A stretch of DNA of 62,942 bases from Minisyncoccota bacterium. GTDB lineage: Bacteria; Patescibacteriota; Minisyncoccia; Phycocordibacterales; Phycocordibacteraceae. Positions 52,309 to 61,300 of this stretch are shown piece after piece. Where the stretch lies: the NCBI GenBank assembly GCA_041663025.1, contig JBAZRE010000004.1:1-62942 (forward strand), given 5' to 3'. The notes below the pieces were generated by a model. The model saw only the letters and a program-made list of their open reading frames with translations. It did not search any database and was not told where the DNA came from. A program made the translations under genes and the position numbers. Position 1 is the first letter of the stretch. Each line of letters opens with the position of its first letter.

Positions 52309-55300
52309 TCATGTTGTAGCTGACGTGTCAGCAGGCACGACATCAGCTCCGACGCTTTCGGTCGGAGTCCCGACTTCTGACGTCGGGACAGGAGGCGGAG
52401 CCGCGGGAGCAGTGGGTTCGACAGTCTCACCGTGAATGACGGTGATGAGGCGCGAGGCGGTGCCGATATTCCCTGCCGCATCGGTCGCGGTGTAGGTGAG
52501 GGTGTAGAGTCCGGCGGTTGAAGTATCGACTGTGCCCGTCACGATCGGCATTATTGATCCATCTGTGTCATCAGCTGCAGTCGCGCCAGGATCGGTGAAG
52601 ACATCGCCAACGGTAATCTGCATCGCTGCATCTCCATTGAGCGTTACCACGGGCGATACCGTATCCGGATTTAAGGTTTGATCCAGCTGTAGCGGGATCG
52701 AACCTTGGTTATCGGAATCAGTCTGACTTCCACCCGCGCCCGAATCCGAAGCGCCAACAATGACCGAGCGCATCGCAGTCGAGCTATTCCCTGCCGCATC
52801 CTTCGCTTCATAGGTGATGAGATAGGTCGTCGGGCTAGCAGTGTCTATCGTCGCTGTAGAAACCTCTTGTTGCACACCATTTATATAGGTAGTGACCGAA
52901 GGATTATTGTCGATATCATCGACAACTGTCACACCTGGATCGGTGAACGTATCACCGACCGAGAGGCGCACCGGATTGTCACCGAGCAGAGTAATCACTG
53001 GCGGCGTCGTATCTCTTTCATTGGAAATTGAAAATTGTGAATTGGAAATTTCTGGCGGCGTGCTCGTCGCCACCTGACCCTCGGTCTGGACGAGGAAGTA
53101 GTCGAAGGAGACGTCGCTCTCTTGTGGCGCAGAGAGCACGAGCTTGAAAGATCCCTCCTTCTTGTCGCTGATGAACCACGAGCCCGTGGTTGAGGCGGTC
53201 AACGTCACGAATATCTTGGTTGTCGGCTTCACGTAGGCGTTCTCAACCTGCGCGACGGTGTTGCCGGCGAGAATGTTGACTGTACCAGCAGAGCTGCTGC
53301 CCTCAGAATTGGTCGCGGCGACGAATCGGTCGGCAATCAGCGTGCCAAACTGCGCGATGCCATTGCTTATGAACACTCCGAATGCGTTAAACGCGCTTGC
53401 GAGTGTTGAAGTGGAGAAGGTAACTGGTGAGTCGCTCGCTGTTGAGACTTCACCATTCTCGAGCGCGGAGACGCGCGCCTCAAGCGAGGTGAGGCGCATC
53501 TCGTGTGCATCAACCTTCGCCGCGAGATCATACACACCAGAGAGCGTGTAGGTCGCGAGCTTGTAGATATCAACGCCATTGCCGTCGGCCGTCAGAACAT
53601 CTGGAGATGTAGTGGAAGCAAAACCTCCAAGTAGACTTGAGATGTCACCTCTGACTGGCACAATAAATTCGTTTGCACTAACCGCACCGCTCACGTTGAA
53701 AGCATCCAGACTTAATTTATCAATCGATTGTTTGACCATCGCCTGCACTTGATCTTCAATCTTCATATTGGCGACGCGGTCTGCGACCATGCTCTCAACC
53801 TGTTCAACCACCAAGCTCTTGTTGCGACGAGAAATCAACACATTAATTTTGCCTTCGCCCTCTGCCAATGGCTCGAGCGCGACGCCCACAGTCGGATCGC
53901 CCGGATCAGCGCGCATCACGTATCCCGGCGTTGAAGATGCCGCGGTGAGCGAGTCGCCGGATATGATTGGCCCATTCTCCGCGCTCACGAACGCCGGAAT
54001 CTGACCGAGCATAGCGATGAGCTTGTAGTTCGGATTATTTTTATATTCCTCCTTCGCGTTCCCGATGAAGCCCGGCTTTGTGGAGACGATGCCCATCAGA
54101 TTATTATCCGCAGCACGATCGCAACGCTTCACCGCATTCTTCTGGCTCGTGTCAACACAGACTGCCTCGCCAGATTTCAAATCGATGTCGTCAGTGTAGA
54201 AATATTCGGCGTAGTCAGCGCTGCCGGACTGCAAGGCGACCGGGCTGTAGATACTGCCGTCAGCGCGCACATCGCCGTAGCCGGTAACACGGAAGATGGC
54301 GCCGGACGTCGTGGTGGAAATAACGAATGCATCAGAATTATCGGTTACGCTACTCACCACCGACAATCTGGCATATGGGCTGGTGGTGCCGATGCCCACA
54401 TTACCCAAAGAATCAATGACCATCGCCTGATCGCCGCCGCCGATAGTGGTGGTGGCGTTCGTTACCGATGGCGCGATGGTCAACCCGCCCAAGCTGTTAA
54501 CGGTAAAGTTCGCATAATTGGTGGTGTCATATGCCAACGTCAGCTGGGCGCCGACGCTTGAGGCGATAGAGAGTCGCGACATCGGCGAGCTCGTGCCGAC
54601 GCCGACATAGCCGCTGCTTAAAATCGTAATGTCTTCGCCCGATGTTCCATTCCCCATGCTAAATCTGCCGCTATGTTCCCATATTCTAAAGTCCGCATCT
54701 TCACCGCTTGCATCGTTAAAGTCTATAAGTCCGCCAGAACTGCCATAGAGCTGCATGCCCGCATAACTTGAGATTATCCCCAAGAAAGCTCCTTGAGCAG
54801 TCGGCATATTGCCAGTCCCAAGATCTCCAACTACATGGAGAGGTGAGAGTGGATCTGCCGTCCCGATGCCGACGTTCCCGCTTGTTTGTTGAACCACAAA
54901 TTTATTCGTTCCGATGGTCAAACCATTAGCAAAGGTTGATGTCGCCGTACCAGAACTCAAGCCGAGAGATCCGTCGGTAGAAGAGATTCCTGTGCCCGTG
55001 AGATACAGCGAGCCAGTACCGACCTTCAAAGTACCCATGACGTGCAGATTGTTCTCAATGGTTGAGGTCCCTGTCCCGCCCACATAGAGTCTGCCCGATG
55101 TGGAGAGAGATTCGGCAGGCGAGGTGGTGCCAATTCCGACGTTTCCATTCGCCAACACGGTCATAAAGGTTGAAGTGGCCGTACCGTTGGTGGTTGAGGC
55201 AATCGTGAAGAGCGGCGTGTTGGCGGCGGTGGTTCTGGAGTTTGAAATGGAGAGAAGAGAACCAGGGGTCGTAGAGCCCAAACCAATTCGGCCGGTGGCG

Positions 55301-58300
55301 AAGTCACCGTAGATGAGTGGAGTGGTGGAGGAGTTGGCAAGATAGAACTTGTTAGAGCCGGTCTCGAAGTAGCCAGCCTCATTGCCAATGAAGACGTTGC
55401 CAGAACCAAGAGCGCTAAAACCGGCCGACATGCCCAAGGCAACATTATAGCTACCGGTCTGGTTATTAAATAAACTACCCGCGCCAAAAGCGGTATTTAC
55501 TTGACCGGTAGTGTTATTCGGCAAAGCGAGAAATCCAAAAGCAGAATTATTTTCCCCGGTGGTATTTAAGTTAAGTGCATTACCGCCGAAAGCGCTGTTG
55601 TAGGAGCCGATTGTATTGGACAGAAGGGCATCACTTCCAAACGCATTGTTATAACTACCTGTTGTGTTTGATCCGAGAGCACCAGCTGTATCACCTGTAC
55701 CAAAAGCGTTGTTATAGCTACCCGTGCTATTAGAGCCTAGACTGGAGCCACCAAAAGCGCTGTTGTAGGAGCCGACGGTATTAACTCCCAAAGACATCAT
55801 ACCAAAGGCGCTATTGGCATTACCATTGGAATATTCCAAAGCCATTCCGCCGAAAGCACTATTTGAAGAGCCAGTTGTATTCGATTCAAATGCGCCTGCA
55901 CCAACCGCGGTATTGAACAGACCAGCAACTGTACCTCCATCCGGCATATTGCTCATGCCGGCGTTAGCACCGATAAATATATTGGTGTTCCAACCCAACG
56001 TGTCAGCGCCCGAGCTCCTCATTTCAAAACCAGTAGTGCCATCAGAATTTAAGAGAGTGAAGACAGGACTGGTTTGGGTAAGTTTCTTAACTGAAATAGC
56101 GTCAATGTATCCGTCGAAGTCTGTACTTGGGGTAAATATAAGATTGTCGGTGGTTTGGGCGGTAACAACCTCATACACATATCCTCCATCGACAATAGAA
56201 TAAGAATTCTGGCAATCAGTTCCGCCAAGAGAGCAGGTAACTGTACCCGTGCCGTTGAGTGTCTCTATGTAGAATGTAATCACATACGTCTCTCCGGCGA
56301 CTGCAGAAACATCCTGTTCTAGAGTCGCGATATTGCCCGGCGTATGCACCTCCCAATCATTGACTCCATCATATGACCAGCCGGCGCCAACGGTCCAGCC
56401 GGTATCGTTGGTGTTAAAACTGCCGTTAGTAACTTTTTCTGTGCCAAGTGTGGCTTCGGTGTTGGTGCCTTGGATAGATAGCTTAGCGGCTGGTGCAGAT
56501 GTGCCAATCCCTATATTCCCATTCGCCAAGACGGTCATGAAGGTTGAGGTTGCCGTTCCGTCGGTTGTAGAAGCAATGGTAAAGAGCGGCGTGTTGGCGG
56601 CAGTGGTTCGTGAGTTAGAAATGGAGAGAAGTGAGTACGGAGACGTTGTGCCAATTCCGACGAGACCGAGATTCACCATGTTGAGACCACCAGCATCGTT
56701 GCCCGCGCCGAGAGTTGAGGCGAGAGTATCGATGACATTTCCGCCAGCGCCTCCACCAACGCACGTTCCATTGATTGAGAAGCAACCACCATTCATGAGA
56801 TCAATACCCTTCGCATAGGAGGTGGTGGTGGCGTTGTCGAAGAAGTTCCAGCCGGTGCCGGTGCCGCCGATAGAGAGAAGTGAGCCTGGAGAGGTGGTGC
56901 CGATACCTACATTCCCGCCGTTCGTAACGATGAAGTTCGTTGCAGTTGATGACCCGACCACAAATTGCGGCGTGCCAGCGCCAAGGGCGTTCCCATTGAT
57001 TGAGAGCAAACCCCAAGGCGAGGTGGTGCCGAATCCGGCAAGGCCGTTATCTTGAAGCTTGAACAATGTCGTTGACGCGCTGTTCGCGAATTCAACCGTG
57101 GTGCTACTTGTCGAGCTCCGACCGAAGACGTTGAACATTGCGGTTGGCGGCGTTGAAGATCCGATGGTGACACCGTTTGAATAGGTGGAGCTCGCTCCGT
57201 CAGACAATCCATAGACCATTATCATGGGGTTGCCGCCGAGGTATGCGGTGTAGGATTGCGGGACACCCGCCACGACTGTATCGATAGGTACATCAGTCCA
57301 CTGAACCATACCTGCATTCGTGTCAAATGATTGCGTGCCGGAGATCAGGCTGCTGATTGATGTCTCGCCAGTCGAGAAGTCGCTGACGAATGCACCGCCG
57401 TTCACACTCAAGCCGCCTGCGAAAGTCGAGGTAGCGGTGGCGTTATCAGCATTGAAGTTCGCTCCGGCGATGAGGCCGCTGACTGAGAGGAGCGCATACG
57501 GCGAGGTGGTGCTGACACCGAGATAGCCGTTTGGATCAATCGTGAGCGCCGACATTGAGGAGGTGGCGAAAGTTAGCGGGCTGGAAGTAGCTATATAAAG
57601 GTATCCTCCGGCATTGCGGAATGTCCATTTGTTTGACGAGAGCGATGAATCGCCGAGCGCGAATTGCGGAGCCGTTGAGGTTGAAAGTTGGAATAGCCAT
57701 TGTGGAGTGGTTGTGCCGATGCCAAGATACGTGCCCGTGTCGTAGATCAGAGAATTATTGAAGGTACTGCCTCCCCATTTTGGCAGATAATTGGTAGTGA
57801 GAGATGAAACCGTGGTGGAGCCGAGAAGACCGAGAGATGAAGTGGCGGTGAGTGTGTATCCGCTGGAAGCGTTGCCGAGGAGGAGTTGACCGTAGGATGG
57901 CAGAGATGTTAATCCAGTGCCGCCATACATCACGCCGATGGAGGTGGTGGCTTGCCAAGTTCCGTTGGCAACGCTGATTGGGCCGTTCAAAGCAGATGAG
58001 TTAAGACCCGTGCCTCCATAGACATTGCTGATGGCAGTGCCATTCCAGATTCCCTCTTTCACCGTGCCAGTTGTGTCAATGCGGAATGCGTTGCCGGCAG
58101 TGCCGACTGAGAAGAGTGAGAATGGTGATGTGGTGCCGACACCGAGATTACCATTGATAGCCAAGCCGCCCTGATACAGATTGTTTGGCGGAGTGATATT
58201 CGAATCTGCTTTGCCAGAGGTCATTACCGCTGAAGCGGTATTAGCGACGGCGACAAATGTGCCATTGCCGTAGGCGACTCCCTGCCATGTATCGGCAGGA

Positions 58301-61300
58301 GAGGTTCGGAGTTTCCAAGTTGCGCCATCGGGAGAAGTCATGACGAAGTTATCAGAACTGACCGCGACATATAAACCGTTACCGTAGGTAACTGAATTCC
58401 AGACATTGCTCGTAGCACCTGCGTGACCCGTCCACGCTGTGCCATTGGGCGAGGTCATGACAACATTTGCCCCGCCGTCAGTCGAGACTGCGACGAAGAG
58501 GCCGTTGCCGTAGGTGACAGACTTCCACCAACCAGACGCGCCGAGACCAGCTTGTGGTGTCCATGTCACTCCGTCAGGTGAAGTCATAACTCTGTTATCA
58601 CCAGAGAGAGCGACGGCGACGAAGAGGCCGTTGCCGTAGGTGATGCCCTGCCAGCTGTTGTCCTCGGCACTTGCTTGGAGTGCCCATGTGATGCCGTCGG
58701 GAGAAGTCATCACATGATTGGCTCCGCCGTCACTCGAGACCGCGACGAATGTTCCGTTGCCATATGTGACAGACTTCCAATTGTTCGCGGCGGCTGCAGT
58801 TCTGCTGGTCCAGGTGGCGCCGTTTGGCGAAGTCATGACGAAGCCGTCAGTAGAGACTGCGACGAAGAGACCGTTACCGTAGGTGACTGAGCCCCATATC
58901 TTATCTGCGGCGCTTGTTCTCGTGGTCCAATTGATGCCGTCGGGCGAAGTCATGACTCCTGTGCTAACGCCAGACGTAGATGAGGCAACAGCGACGAAGA
59001 GGCCGTTGCCGTATGTGATGCCCAACCACTTGTTGCTCACCGAAGCAGTTCGCGCCGTCCACGATGTTCCCTTTGAAATGATGTTGCCAACGACCTCTAA
59101 CTTCTCTCCCGGGGTCGCCGTGCCGATGCCGACCGTGCCATCATTTTTCACGATGAATTGCGTTGTCGTTGCAAATGATGCAACGCTCGAGAGCTGGAAG
59201 AGCGGCGCACTGCCATCATTCACACCAGCGACATCGAGAATCGCCAGAGGAGAAGTTGTGCCGATGCCGAGATTCGTGCCGACGTTGTTGTAGAGATTTG
59301 AGCCAGAAGAAGTCCAATAGTTCGTACCTTCAATCCCGGTGAGTGTCGAGCCATCAAATGACAATCCAGTACCGACGACGAGTGACTTGATGAACGATGA
59401 GCCGTTACCGACGAGGATGCCGCCGAGTGGTGTGCTTGATGCAGTACCACCCGAGCTGATGCCAAGCGCAGAAGCTAATGTGACAGCACCGTTGGAGCTA
59501 ATGGCGAGTGCTGGGATGGTGCTGGTGGCATAGGCATCAGAGCTCGTACCTATATATAGGTTCCCGCCCATCGAGGAGAAGAGCCAGTGCTTGAGGTTGG
59601 CTCCTGCACCCGAGTCGGACAAAGCAATTTGAGCCTTACCTCTTGAGGCGACTTGGAGATTCCATGCTGGGGTGGTGGTGCCTATACCGACATTACCGCC
59701 TCTTTGGAGATACATGACATTACCACCGTTAGCTGACAACCCAAGATTACTGCCCGTGCCATCATCATATCTATATAGACCAGTATTGTTTCCACTATGA
59801 AATGATATCCCAGGTGCTGACGCAGTTCCGTCTCCAAAATATGCGACTCCACCATTTACATCCAACTTCGCCCCGGGATTCGCCGTCCCAATCCCCACAT
59901 ACCCATTCGCGAGGACGGTCATGAAGGTTGAGGTCGCAGTGCCATCGGTTGTTGAAGCGATAGTGAAGAGCGGCGTGTTGGCGGCGGTTGTTCTGGAGTT
60001 GGAGATGGAGAGGAGTGAGTATGGTGAAGTAGTGCCGATGCCGACGTTGCTCGCGCTTGAGATAAAGAGCGTTGAAGTGCCGATGGCGGTGTTCGCGCTG
60101 CTGAAATATGCAATCTGGCCAAGGGAGCCAGAGAGAGTGGCGGATCCGCCTCCGCCAAAAGTTGAAGTTGCCACATAGTCATAACCAGTGCCGGCGGCGT
60201 TGCCTACCAGCACTTGCCCGTACGCCGGCAGAGCGGAAACGCCGGTACCACCTGAGCTGATGCCAAGCGCAGAAGCCAGAGTGAGTGCACCATTGCTGTT
60301 GATGGAAAGTGCCGGGATGGTTGAAGTGGCATATGAATCAGAAGATGTGCTGATGTAGAAGTTGCCGCCCATGGATGAGAAGAGCCAGTGCTTGAGGTTT
60401 GCTCCGGCGGACATATCCGAGAGGGCGAACTGCGTTTTGGTACTTGAGGCGATTTGGAGATTCCATTGCGGCGTCGTGGTGCCGATGCCTATGACGCCGG
60501 AGGGATTGGAAACAAGCGCGGTTGAAGTCGCCGGAAGCGTACCGAAGATGATACCGCCAATGTTTAACTGGTTGTTACCAGTGGCGTTTGGGAAGAAAGT
60601 GTTGTAGCCAATTCCAATATTATTGCCTCCACTGGTGAGGTTGCTTACAGTGTCTACATTTGCTCCCAAGAGAATGTTGCCAAATCCTGTACTTACCTCA
60701 CGACCTGCTTGGTAACCTATTAACGTATTGTAGTCAGAGCTGTTTCCGGACTTTAGACCTGCGCCGAGACCGATATATACACCTCCTTGAGTCGTAATGG
60801 GACCGCTCCACGCTCCTCCAGCAGTATTCCCGATTGCCACCCCGTTAGTCATATTGTTGTAGTTGGCAGCTGTAGCACCGATCGCTACACTGTTTGAACC
60901 TGTAGTATTTGTTAACAATGCAGAAGAACCAATCGCCGTATTTGAAGTGCCAGAAGTATTCGCTGTAAGGGCATTCGCTCCAATTGCTGTATTACCGATA
61001 CCAGTATTCGCTGTAAGCGCCTTATACCCAATAGCGGTTAAAGACAAATTCGGACCTGGGCTTGTAGTAGCGGTATTCCCGGCAGAAAAACCAAAAATGG
61101 TGGAGGAATTTGTTGTCGACGCATAGCCAAGCAAAAGGCCGTCTTGGCGGTAACCAGAGTATTGATTAACGTTGATGAACCCTGCTACGTCGAGTTTATA
61201 ATCGGGCGCCGACGTCCCAATCCCGAGATTTCCAGTTGATGAGATGAAGATTGTTGAGGTTGCTTGCGCGACACCAGCATCATTGCCGACCAAGAAGTTC

